Shown piece by piece: positions 1 to 13,182 of a stretch of 64,000 nt of DNA. The notes under the pieces are model-generated. The model searched no databases. It had not been told where the DNA came from and saw only the letters and a program-made list of their open reading frames with translations. How positions within the stretch are numbered: position 1 is the first letter of the stretch; each line of letters starts with the position of its first letter. The DNA is from the human T2T-CHM13v2.0 reference genome, Homo sapiens: NCBI RefSeq assembly GCF_009914755.1, contig NC_060944.1; one strand, written 5' to 3'. Position numbers and translations under genes: made by a program.

Positions 1-2799
1 CTCTGATTCTTTAAAATGACACTGAGTATTTGTCTGGCCTAACCCTAGTTAAGTATAACTTTCATGACACATGATAGCATTTCTCTAGAGCAGTCCTGAC
101 CCAGACAGCTATGTTCACAGGAAGACACGTTTTAGAGAACAAGACGTTACCACTGTGAAAGCAGAATTAGAAATGCACTCTACCAGTAAGGTTGATACTT
201 CCATTTGTGTTTTTCTTCATAGCCTGGAATAGTGTAATTAATTGTTAAACAAGAAAGAAAATAAATGAACTATACACTTGCAACCCCCTAAAAACTTCAT
301 TGTGCACATGAGTGGAAAAAGAAAAGAAAACAAACAAACTTCTCTTTAGCCTAAAGAAAGGTTGAAAGTAAAGAAAAAAAACAGAAATGACTATTGTGTG
401 GACGCACCACTAAATGATCTCTTAACTAGTTTGATTAATCAAAGTCCTCCATATTTTCCACCTGATTTTTATATTTAAACAGAGAAAGGTAGATGAAGAA
501 CCAACCAAAGCAACAAGAAACGCAACAGAGAAGTCTGTTAATAAACCCTTGAATCTAGTCTCCAAATTATTTTTTCACTCAGGGTTATTAGTACCAAATT
601 TTGAATACAAATTAAGCAAACCAGCATCTATGAACATATCAGAGAGAATCAGAAGAAAAGTACCACAAAAAAAATAGAAATAGAGAATATTTGAAGCAAA
701 AGGTTCACTTCACCTCTTTATTTCTAAGCCTTTACCCGCCCCCCCCCGCCCCCACCCCTCTTGGGCATTCTCAGAGGGAGCAGTGCCTCTCCATCGGCCC
801 TTGGGTCCTCTCTGATTCATATCTGCTCGTTTCTCAAGGTGGCTCCGAAGTTATTGTGAGACCTCTAATATTCCAAAGGTCAAGGTGTCATAATGTTTGA
901 TATAAAGTAACCATTATATTATTGTAGTACCAGCGCAAAATAAAGAGGCAAGGAATCAGGACTTTTCACTTTACTTATTTGCGGAAGTTAAGGTATTTTA
1001 GGCAGAGCTCTCTGGGGAACACTGAAAACAGTCTCAAAAGAATTCAGCTACTAAAAAAAAAAAAAAAAAAAAAAAATTCAGCCAGCCTGCACCTCAACTT
1101 CTTAGGACAAAAAAATAATTTAAATACATTCTCGACGTATATTTTGCTGGTTTATTTAAGTACATAAACATGAAGAAACATTATCCACACAATCCCATGC
1201 TTCACTAGTCTCTAATTCTCAGTTTAGGGTAGGATCCCCCAAATACACAATCAATTCCTATATACCTGGGGGGAGAGGTGAGCAATCACTTATTTCAATA
1301 TTTTCAAAGCTTCACATCATCTAAAAGAGTACTATTGCAGGTTGTAAACAAATTCTTCCTGCTGGTAGAACTAAATTGAAGTTTGACTTACAATGTTCCT
1401 CAATTACCTTATGATCCGTTAGTCAATGTTCAGCTCTCACCGAGTTCATAAATCATCTGAGCCAATCTCCCCAACCCGCAGACCGCCCCCCAAGTCCTCT
1501 TTAGCCCTCTCTGGAAATCAGTCAGCATTTACGTACACATCACATTTAAGTATACACTGCTGAACCCTACAGGCAGAAATTCATTTCTTTCACAAATATT
1601 TACAGAATTCCTACCACGTGCATGGCACTAGAATGAATGCTAGGGATAGAAGCCCAAACTCCATTTCCGTAAGGACTAGAATCTCATTCCTGCCCTCCAA
1701 GAGCTTACAATGTAACACTGTGCTAAGAGGCTCTGAACCTACATATGTAACTTTTAATTATACCATGCTGACTTAATAGCATGGCAGGTGATCACCCTAG
1801 ATGTTAATACAAACTTTACATTCCTGTTGACACACTAAAAGATCTATCATCTAAAAACCAAAACAGGCCAGAATTAAAATCTGGCTACAGACTAAAACTT
1901 CAGGAATGAAGTTCTGTCTAAACCATTTTCAGACTTCCAGCATTTTTTTACTACTCACTTTTTTTCTCAGTTATTTTAGCCAAGAGCAAATGAGCGTTAG
2001 GCATAACCTTAAGAGCTAGAGAAGAGCATGTTTGTAATTATAAAAGGCTCATTATGCTCCTCTGCATCCCCAGATCCCCATTCAAAGAAAGGGCTGTACA
2101 ACTAACTCCGGACAACAGATATAACTGGCTTGCCCTTCTTCATTAATATTAAATTTGTGGGAGACAGTCTTGGCGTTTTCACTGCAGTGAACTCGTGAAG
2201 TTGAACAATCTCCAAAGAGATGAAACTTTAAAAAGCCTATTCGAAGTTACTTTAAGTCAAATCACACCAGGCAATTTAACTTTGCCTCGGATTTTCCACA
2301 ACCTTACAAAAATTACAAAGGTCTTCTAAGTTCCTCCATCAAAAGGCCAAATTCCTGGTTTTTTCTTTCAACAAAATGGATGCGTCACAATCTTATTTAC
2401 ATCTTGCCGTTTTAACCAAGACCTCCTTGAATCCCAAGCCTAGGTCTACACTTCCAGGCCCCTGAGAAGACCTAAGAACGATCAAGAAGGGATGCGCGGG
2501 TAAGCGTTGTCATCACAACATTAAAGATTTCGAAACTCCCAGACCACCAGAAAGCGTAGAGTATGGGGAAGAAAACCAAACCCAGCAACTCTAAGAGGCA
2601 AACTAGACCGGGAGGAAACAATCGGCCCCCAGGACAAAAAGCACATTCACACCTCTCCGTGCAACCCACTCATCCCTTTATACTCGCAGCGCTGCAGCCA
2701 AAGCACAAAGTTGTTTCTTTTCACCCAGAGTCTGTGCCTGTCGCGGTTAAACATGAACGGAGGAAAATTCCTAGTCAGAACCCAGAGGGGTAGGACGGG

Positions 2800-3960
2800 G
2801 CTTGGAGTGTGGGGACAACGCCAAGCAGGGAGCTGTCCAGGGGCACTGCCCGCCCGGGGTCTCCAGCTGTGAAGTTGCGCTCCTCGGGAGATTCCTGGGG
2901 TCAGAACGAGAGGCTGGAGTCGGAGCGAGGCACAAGGGATGCGGGAGAAGAAAGGAGTGGGGCCGAAGAGGTAGCCAAAGAGAATGGGGCTCCGAGGCGA
3001 GAGAGAAAGGACTGGAAGGGGCAAAGGGCGGCCAAGGAGGGCGAAAAGGGGAAGCTGCCGCTGGGCGGGAGACGGCGGAGGAGCGAGACGGGGCGGGGGA
3101 CCGCGGGAGGACGGGAAGGCGGGAAGGGGAGAGAGCGTGGAGCTCGGAGCTCCAGCAGGCACAGGCCGCGGCAGATAAGGGGGCGCGGAGAGGCCCAGGC
3201 CCGGCCCAGGCAGGAGGCGTCGGGAGACGACGCGACCCAAGGCGGGCGGGCCCGGGGAAAACCGCCCGCGGCCAGACCGGCAGTGGAAGCTGAGACGCAG
3301 TGCTGCGGCCCCTCCCCGTCACGTCAGGGCACTTACCTCCTCGCAGCTGGGACGCTCCGGTGATGCGGGGCAGTCAGTTCAGAGCGTCTCTCCCAAATCT
3401 CGGCACCCGACTGACCCGGATCCAAACCAGCCAAGGGGGCGGCCCGCGCCTCGGGAGTCGCGTTGCGCCTGCGCACTCCGGCATGCACCCCTCCCCCTGC
3501 TTATGCTCCTCCCACCCCAGTGACTCGGCAGCGCGGCAGCCGACGACTGCGCAGACGCAGGGCGGCGGCCGCGCCTCTCCAACGCCCCGCACCCGCCCCC
3601 CTCAGAAGCACGTGCGCCTTACGTAATTTCCTGTTATTCTTCGGTTTGCCTCCTCCCAGTGGCGTGGATTTGCTCCCGACCCGCTTTTGGGGCGTGCCTG
3701 CTTCCTCCTCTCTGTTAGGTGAGTGAGTAGGCGTCATTCTTCACAGTAGTCCTCTGCCTCCACCGCCCCGGGATCTCCTTGCGCTCGGTCCTCTACGTGG
3801 AGTCACCTATGCAGAGGAATTCCACGGGGCGGGGGCGAGGACAGGGTGCGGGGGTCTTTATGGCAGACAATCCCCGGCTGAGCGCTTGGCCAGAGTTTCT
3901 GTGATGCTAGAATCTGGACTGCCTGCGACCTCTCCGGGACTCGGACACCAGCCCTCGCCT
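2800..3960. promoter_or_regulatory. CpG-island bidirectional promoter (OSER1 / OSER1-DT)
   Basis: High GC and CpG density; NRF1 TGCGCCTGCGCA 3464-3475 and TGCGCAGACGCA 3548-3559; ARE-like GTGACTCGGCA 3520-3530; E-box GCACGTGC 3608-3615; TTACGTAA 3619-3626; ETS-like ATTTCCTGTT 3626-3635; GC boxes; divergent splice donors at 3336 (-) and 3719 (+). Confidence 0.9.
3337..3410 (-). other. OSER1: OSER1 (C20orf111) non-coding first exon; intron 1 runs off the left end of the window
   Basis: Strong minus-strand donor GAG|GTAAGT (plus-strand acttacctc 3331-3339) inside the CpG island; locus order OSER1/OSER1-DT/GDAP1L1 is recalled. TSS position approximate; no OSER1 coding sequence in window. Confidence 0.75.
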
Positions 3961-5077
3961 CCTGGTGATCTTTTAGGTCCTGCAGAGAAGTGAAGAGGTA
4001 TTGGACGTGGCCAGGGTCAATAGTGTGAAGCCAGAATTAGAATTGAATTGAAATGCCTTCGGTTTTGATATCTCTGCTGTTTGTCTTGAGGCAACTGCTT
4101 TTCCTCCTTTGGGCCTCTCAGTTTTCCATCTAGTAAGTGAGGAAGTTGAACCTTATCGGTGAATCTCGTGTTTTCAGGCGTAGACTCCTTTGAGAATCTG
4201 GTGAGAACTGTAGATCCTCTTGCCAAAGAAATGCACCTACACACCAAATTTTGCAAAAAGATTTAGGCAGTTCACCAAAGGAGATGAATTTTAGGATTCT
4301 TTACATTTTTCTGATTCTGAATGTTGCTCAGATGGTAGGCGGGAAAAGGTGATCTGTGCAACAGCTGCCACCCGCTCCATCACCAGGACTGGTTCTGCTG
4401 ATCTAGCTGTGCCTCTCCTCGCCTGCCAATCTCCAGCTCCACGTCTGCACTGCTCAAAGCTTCGTGAGAACAGATGATTTTGCGCAATTGAGTTGGATGG
4501 CGTTGATTGTGGCCCACCCCTAGAGTGAGGGTTTTTCACTGAACCAAAACTGGCCCCATCCACCGTCATTCCCCAATACCTTAGTTGTAGTCAACTAACT
4601 AGATAGGCTGCCGAAGATGGTTTAACTGTGTCCAGCTTAACTACAGCCAGGCTTTGGAATGCCTGGCCTATGTCTGTAAATGAAATCTAACAATTTATTG
4701 TATAACGTTGTTAAACATGAAGCATGATGTTGGCCCTGGATAAAACATTTTAAATTCTCGTCGTTCATACCAGAGGCTCAGTAACTGACCGGTTGAAAGA
4801 AAACTGTTCATTGTAACCTAATGATGCTAGTTAGATAGCATTAGATTATGTTAGAGATCAGATAACTTGTTCTAGCTGCCTTTGTCCTGTCTCACAGTGC
4901 TAGTAAGTCAGGATTTAAACTGCCCTTCTCAACATCTCTTGGACAAGAAAAAGCGGGAAATATGATGTATTTATTTTCTCAGACCTTGCCAAGTGAAATG
5001 TATCAAAACCAAACATGTCTTTTTAAGCTGCCACTTCAAAATATAACTTAAGATAAAATCTCATATATCCTTGAGAA

Positions 5078-5378
5078 GGCCTGGCACGGTAGCTCATGCC
5101 TATAATCCCAGCACTTTGGGAGGCCGAGGCGGGTGGATCACTTGAGGTCAGGAGTTTGAGACCAGCCTGGCCAACATGGCGAAACCCTGTCTCTACTAAA
5201 AATATGAAAAATTGGCTGGGCATGGTGGCGCATGCACCTATAATCCCAGCTACCCGGGAGGCTGAGGCAGGAGAATCTCTGAAGCCGGGAGGCGGAGGTT
5301 GCAGTGAGCCGAGATTGCGCCACTGCACTCCAGCCTGGGCCAACAGAGCAAAACTGTCTCAAAAAAAAAAAAAAAAAA
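5078..5378 (+). mobile_element. Alu (AluS-like), full length
   Basis: Dimeric Alu consensus, polyA tail, long TSD aaaatctcatatatccttgag. Confidence 0.95.
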
Positions 5379-6186
5379 TCTCATATATCCTTGAGGGGAA
5401 AGAATTGTCTGGATCGTGATTGAATTCCCAGGGCTTAGCACACTTCCTGGGGATTAGTAGATGCTCAATACAGTTTTGGTGAATTCTCATTTTACCTGCT
5501 TTCCATCCCTAATTATATTAAATACCAAAAACTAAAAAGTTACAGTATTTCATTTTATGTAAGCACATCTCCATCATAAAGAGTTAGATGCTTTCCAAGA
5601 ATGTGACTCATTACTCGGGGAGTACTTGGAAGGTGGGAACCTCTTGTGAATGCTGAAGCCTGTTAACTCACACACCTGACGTGGCCTGAAGTTTTAAGTC
5701 ATTATACATAGGACTGGCTCACGGTGTGATACATCATGACTTGGAAAGAGATAGAAAAGCTACAAAATGGGATGGATCTGAGTGAACAAAAAGCCAGATC
5801 GGTGTCCTATACCAGCAATTCCAAGTCTTTTTAACCATGGGAAAAAAACCTGAATTTGTGTGTGGACTTTATATTGAAGAAATCAACTTTGTATTAATGC
5901 ACATGGTAATGCCATTTAATTAAAAAGCTGTGGTAGATGTAAAATTCCTCTAACAGTGCTTCTTTCTTGCTACAAGTGTCTTGTACATGCTTTAGTAAGA
6001 GAGACTTAATTCCATGAATTTATACTGCAAGAACAATTTATATAGGAAGATAATAGTTTCTCTTAAAAAATAACTTTGGAGAAGCCAAGTCCAAAGTAAT
6101 AAAGAAAATTATTTGCCTAACCATGTGGCTGCCATCCTACCAGTTGGTAATCTGGAAAATATTCTGTTCTTATGTTTTAAGACTCA

Positions 6187-6557
<371 letters not shown>

Positions 6558-7517
6558 AATGACTTTGGGATAGAAGATAGTGATAATGATTATTTGTCTT
6601 GATTTACAAGATGTTAGCTCATGTAATCTTCATAACCAATTTGTGAAATGTACTTCTATGATGTCTGTTTTACAGCTGAGGAAACTAGGCTCAGAATAGT
6701 TAGATAACTTGTCCAAGGTTACATAGTTTGTAAGTGGTAGAACGGGGATTCCAATCTAGGCAGTCTGACTATAGCACCCTGCTGACCGCTGAGTTACACT
6801 GCTTTCCTTAGCCTCCCCACCTTCACCTCCTGTATGTACCCAGCTAGACCAGGGATACCTGCTTTCACCTGGAAAATACCACTGGGTTTGAGGAAATTGG
6901 CTGCCCAGGGCCTAGGACTGTTCCAGCCACTCTTTCTTTGCATATATTTGAACCCAGCAGGCATATTTCCCTCTCAGGTCTTTTGTATGTATTTCCCCTC
7001 CTGGAGCATTGTTTACTCACAGTTCATCTTGTCATTCAAAGTCTCTGCTCATATCAGCTCCCCAGGGGGGTCTTCCTTGGCTTCCCCAGCACCCCCTTCA
7101 CTGTGTATCCCTTTACCCTGCTTTATCATAGCACTTGTCACTACCTGACAATGTATAGTTATTTTTTGGTCCCCTCACTAGAATAGAAGCTACCCGAGGA
7201 CAGGGACTTTGTGTCTTTTTTTTAGTCACTATTTTTTTTAATCAAAGATGCACATTTTCCCACAATTTATTAATAGCGGTTAGAAAATCTGAATGTGTCT
7301 TATAATCGCCAGTGTGTCCTGGTTTAATTGGTAGTATTTTTTTCTTTCTTACTTGTTCCTACAGTAAGTGGTGAGTCTTTAAAATGATGGTGTCTTAGAA
7401 TTGATGAAAATACAGTGTATCCCCAAGGCCTGAACTCTATGTGGCACATAGTTGGCTCTCAATAATTACTTGTTAAAGGAAGGCATTGAGTGTTGTGTGC
7501 CAGAAACTATTGAAACC

Positions 7518-7692
7518 TTTTTTTTTTTTTTTGAGATCTCGCTCTGTCACCCAGGCTGGAGTGAAATGGCACAATCTTGGCTCACTGTAACCTCCGCCCC
7601 CAGGTTCGACTGATTCTCGTGCCTCAGCCTCCTCAGTAGCTGGGATTACAGGTGAGCACCACCATGCTCTGCTAATTTTTGTATTTTTAGTA
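7518..7692 (-). mobile_element. Alu right-arm fragment (antisense)
   Basis: polyT, then gagatctcgctctgtcacccaggctggagtg... up to the linker. Confidence 0.9.
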
Positions 7693-8393
7693 GCAATTTA
7701 TATCATTCCAGCAGACTCTTAGAAAGTAGATGGGGAGGGTGGGGAATGTAAGAGAGACCAGTTAGAAGACACTCGAAATAATCTGAGGGAAGACCAGAAT
7801 GGGAACCATGGCTGAAGGATGGTGAGACCAGCAGGGCTCGGCAGCCTGCTGAGCAGATGTCTGGCCTGAGCCGTGCCAGTAGGTGGCCCCCTTCACTAAG
7901 GAAGGGAATCCAAGAAGACTAGGTTTGGGGAGTGTGAGACGGTTTGGTTTTGAACATAAAAGTTTCAAGTGCAGATGAAAGGAGGAATCAGGTCCCAAAG
8001 GCTGCAGCAAGGGACTTATCCTGAGGTTTCTCCTTCTGAGAACTGTAGGAGCTATGGAAAGAAATGACCAAATTTATTTTAGAAAGATGACTGGTTTCAG
8101 CGTGAGCCGGCATGGTGATCCAGGCCTGAGATGATGGTGATCGAAGGGGCAGGTGGCCCTAAGTATGGAGAACAAGTGAGCCGATTGGAAAGTTGCGTAG
8201 ATCAGGCCTTGGGGAGAGATTGACTACGAACAGGATGGGCAGTGAGAGAAAGCTGACAATGATACTTTGCTTTCCAGTTTGAGCAACTGAATGGATATTG
8301 GTGCCCATCTCAATTAAACTCTGTTGAACCCAGCTGACAGTGAGCAGAGGAAGAACATTTAAATGGAGAATCATAGTAACAGCTAATACTTTC

Positions 8394-8415
8394 TTTTATT
8401 TCTTTCCTTTTCTTT

Positions 8416-8448
<33 letters not shown>

Positions 8449-8718
8449 AGACAGAGTCTTGCTCTGTTGCCCAGGCTGGGGTGCAGTGGTGCAATCTTGG
8501 CTCACTGCAACCTCTGCTTCCCTAATTCAAGTGATTCTCCTGCCTTAGTCACCCACGTGTGCCACCATGCCTGGCTAATTTTTGTTTGTTTGTTTGTTTG
8601 TGGAGACAGCGTTTTGCCATGTTGGCCAGGCTGCTCTCGGACTCCTGGCCTCAAGTGATCTGCCTGCCTCAGCCTCCCAAAGTGCTGGGACTGCAGGCAT
8701 GAGCTACCATGCCCAGCC
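8394..8718 (-). mobile_element. Alu (older, AluJ/S-like)
   Basis: Antisense Alu; TSD gctaatactttc. Confidence 0.9.
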
Positions 8719-10659
8719 TATGAGGGCTAATACTTTCATAGCTCTTCCTATGCATCAGAAGACTCATTTTAGTTCTCACCACAATTCTATGAGATTACCA
8801 TTATCACACTCATCTTCCAGATGAGGAAACTGAAGCAAAGAGAAGTTAAGTAACTCACCAAGGTCACACAGCTAACAAGTGGCGGAGCTAGAATTTGAAC
8901 CTAGGCAGCTTGGTAGAGTCTGTGCTGTCACTGCCTCTCTGTGCTGATATATCTCTAAATTAGTTCAGTTTGGACAGAGTGAACCTGAGAGATCCGTGGG
9001 GCAGCCGCGTGGAGGTGTCTAGCAGGCATGCAGATATATGGTTCTGAAGCTCACATGGGAGGTGGGGACTGGAAATAAAGACTGTGGAGTCTGCATACAG
9101 GTGGCCATTGAAGCCACAGGAAAGGTCAGGACCCTTAAGGAGAGGGTGGGAAATAATCGGAGGAAAGAAACAAGGGAGCCCTGGAAGGCAAACACAAGCA
9201 TTCCAGTTGTGGGAAGGACATAGTCCTTTCTGCAAATGAATACACTGCACCTGGCTTATAGATCTTCAGTCAACAGATAGTCCATCCCGCAGAATTTGTT
9301 TGGCTCTGGGTACCCTGACAAAATGGAGTTCCTGGAGCCACACCCCTAAGGACCTGCCTCAATGGTGGTGATCCTCCCCACTTTCTTCTACCATGAGAGT
9401 CCACTGGGGGCCTGTTGGCTTCTCTGGGCATCTGTTTTTTGCCCCTCCCTACAACTGAAGAGCCTCCAGCTCCTCTGTCTACCACCCGTCCACTTCGTCA
9501 GCTCAGGTCCCCTCCCCGTCTCTACGACCACAGTAACATTTCACCTGGAGCTTCTTCAGGTCCCTCCTGAACTTATTTTCAGCCCTTTACCCGTACATTT
9601 CTTGTATCTCCTGCTAGATTCTAAATTTCTGGAGGGCAAGAAAAACCTATTATGTTGACTTTCCCTCCCTCAACTCCTGCTCCCCTGTGTGTGTTAAATG
9701 GCCTGACCCCATTGTCCCATGGGACTTCGCATGCAGTCCACCAGAATAGGAGCTGTACCTACCACAGGAGCCAGTGAGTCCATCAGTCAGTCAGTCATCT
9801 CAGCAAATAATTCCAGTTGTCTACTGGCTTTCTGGAAACATGACTGGGGACTGTTGATGCCTTTGACAGTTGATTCAAGCAGCAGGACCTTTCACAACAG
9901 CCTCCTGTTTTTGTGGATGGGGAATAGGCAAGGGTTGGGAAGCGGGAATTCGCCGCTCTTTCTTGTCATTCTCTTCATAGCCCCCAAGCTACTGTGGTCT
10001 ATTGTTTTGATAGTTGCTTTCCCGAAATGTTAACAGGATGGAGAGTAAAGGAGGTAAAGGAGGACTCTGATGCCTCAGCCATGCGCCTGTGTGCCGATTC
10101 CCATTAAGCCTGCACCAATTTGATTTCCAAGACTCCAGTCAATCCTCAGAGCTCCAGGAGGGGAGGGGCAGCTTTTCCTGGTAGCTGCTGATCACCAGCA
10201 GAGGGAGCCCTAGGACTGCAGGGCCTCTTTCCTTACCGTTGGTGAAGCCCTTCACTGTGGCTTCAAAACTGTGGAAGACCCGGGATTTGTGGATCACTTG
10301 CCTTTAGAATAGAATCAAGAAATAAAGCTGCAGAAGAAAGAATCTCCATGTGGTAAGGATTGGAAGGGAGTGTTGAGAGGGGCTTTTGGGGTGCTGGTAA
10401 TATTGTTCTTTGACCCGATGTTGGTTATAGGAGTGTGTGCTATAATGTGGTATATGTACATTTTTCTGTGCGTATAACTAAACTTCAGTTAAAAGTTTTT
10501 AAAACTTAAACATCTCTATGTATACCACAAAATAGGTATCAGGTTAGGGTGAGCGGTTTTTTTCCCTACAATTCTTAACCTTATCTGAGTCACAAGACAG
10601 CCCTCCCTCCCTTCCTCCGAGAAAGCCACAGACCACTGGTTAAGGACTTCTCCTGCAGC

Positions 10660-11400
10660 AGCCGAATAGAGAAAGTGAGCAAAGGACATGAGCAGACGGT
10701 TCACAGCAAAAGAAATACAAATAACACTTAAACTTATGAAAAAATGCTCAATCTCAATCTTCAAAGAGAAGTGCTTATAAAAAGTATGCGGAGATACCAT
10801 TTTTAACCTGTCAGATTGGCAGAAATCCCAAAGCTTGACAGCATGCCCTGTGGATGGGGCTGGAGGTGGGGGAGTCGGGAGAATAAATAGCAGGACTTTT
10901 AATACATTACCAGTGGGATTGTGAAATTGACAGCCCTGTTGATTTGGGCAATATCTACCAAAATTACAAGTCTAAGAGTCTACCCTGTAGATGACATTTG
11001 TACCTATATGTAATAATTTATGTAAAAGATGATCCATTGCAACATTGGCTGCAATAGCAAAAGATCAGAAACAACTGAAGTGTATGTACAGGACTGGTGC
11101 ATCCACAAAGCAAAATACTATATAACTGGGAAAAAGTTTGAGGAAGCTGTGTGTGCGCTGAGGAAAGATCTCTAAGATATAGGTGAAAAAAAGCACGACG
11201 TACAGCTAAGAATATATGTTTGTATTGCTTCTATCTTCATAAAGAAAAACTGATAAGCTAGACAAGTAACTAAGAGAAGTGTTTCAGGAAGTGGTTGGGG
11301 GCCAGCAGGAGGGGCCGGGCTTCTGAGTGTATACCTTGTGTTCTGATTTTTGAATCATGTCAGTGTATAACCTGTGCAAAACAAAACAAAGTTTAGAGTT
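10660..11400 (+). mobile_element. Ancient L1 (L1M-type) 3' fragment
   Basis: gcaaaggacatgagcagacggttcacagcaaaagaaatac...gaaaaaatgctcaatctca... typical of L1M ORF2 end/3'UTR. Confidence 0.7.
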
Positions 11401-12039
11401 CCTGCTCTAAAGCTGCTGAGCTAAGCCTTTAGGAATTCATAAATTATTATATGTGCCCAATTATAGAATAGCTGGGTTTGGTTTTTCAGTTTGAACTGAG
11501 CTGTGTCTTGGTGAGAGTCTTCAGCTTACTCCACATTTGAACACAGTTCAGGAAAGTGTATTGCAGTTTCCTGGCTCAGCCTAACTCTCAAGAATTCTTT
11601 CTTTACCCTCCATATGCTCAAAACCAATCTTGCCCCTCAAGTGTTGACACTCAGCTAGCTATCATTTTTCAAAGTATTTCATTTTCAGCTTATGTATTCA
11701 TGAGCATCTAACTCTGCCTGAGGGGGAGAAGAGAAGTTTTCACCAGAAAAGTATATCTGTGTTTTCAGAAACCAATAGATATGAAATCTTGCTCTCCATC
11801 CCTTATCTTTGCCTGTCTCTATAGCCATCCTTTCTCCTTTCCCTCCTCCTAGCTAAAACCAATCCCAGCTCTCCTCCCTTCTCAGGAAACTCACTTTCTT
11901 CTGTATATGCAAACACACATCATGTCTTCTGTCATAGTAAAACCAAAAACAAAAAAAGCAAACCCCAAACCCACAAAGCCCCCTTCTACCCAGGTTCCCC
12001 ACAGAGCTCCTGTCCTTTTCTCCCTGTTGGAGCCTTAGC

Positions 12040-12161
12040 CAGTGGCTCTACTTCTTCCCCTCTCCACCCACCCCCCTTCTCTCTCTCTCTGGGTCGGTCT
12101 CTCTCTGTCTCTCTCTCTCTCTCAGTGGCTGTACTTCTTCCCCTCTCCACCCACCCCCCTT

Positions 12162-12198
<37 letters not shown>

Positions 12199-12205
12199 TC
12201 TGTCT
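12040..12205 (+). repeat. 83-bp tandem duplication ending in (CT)n then (TG)n microsatellites
   Basis: cagtggct(c/g)tacttcttcccctctccacccaccccccttctct at 12040 and 12123; (TG)~16 at 12165-12197. Confidence 0.9.
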
Positions 12206-12642
12206 CACCACCCTTTCTTCAATCTACTGCAACCAGACTTCTATCTCACCAAAACGTTCCTTGCCAAGGTCATGGATAACCTCCTTGTTGCTGAATACAG
12301 TGGCCCTAGTCTCATTCTCATGTTGCTTGAGTTTTGAGCCCTGCCTGACGCTGAACACAGCCGCCTCCTCCACTCGCTCTCCTTTCAGTCCCTGTGGCCA
12401 CTGCTCACAGGGGCACCCTCTCAGCCTCACCTTTTCTATCTCCTCTGCAGGCTCCTCTTTTCTTGCCGGTCTGCTGACCCTCAGGGGCCATGCCTTGGCT
12501 GTCTTCTCATCTCACATTCACTTCCAGGATGATGCCGGGTTGGAGAATATGGAAAACAAATCTGACTTGCTCGAGTGAAAAAGGAATCCACTAGAAGAAT
12601 GTCAGAAAGCTCACTCAACAAAAGGAAAAGCTAAACAGCTAG

Positions 12643-13182
<540 letters not shown>

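Noticed and set aside
2563-3737. Overlapping long ORFs (up to 197 aa) on both strands in the CpG island
   Set aside because: Stop-codon scarcity in GC-rich DNA; low-complexity G/R/P/A composition; no recognisable domain
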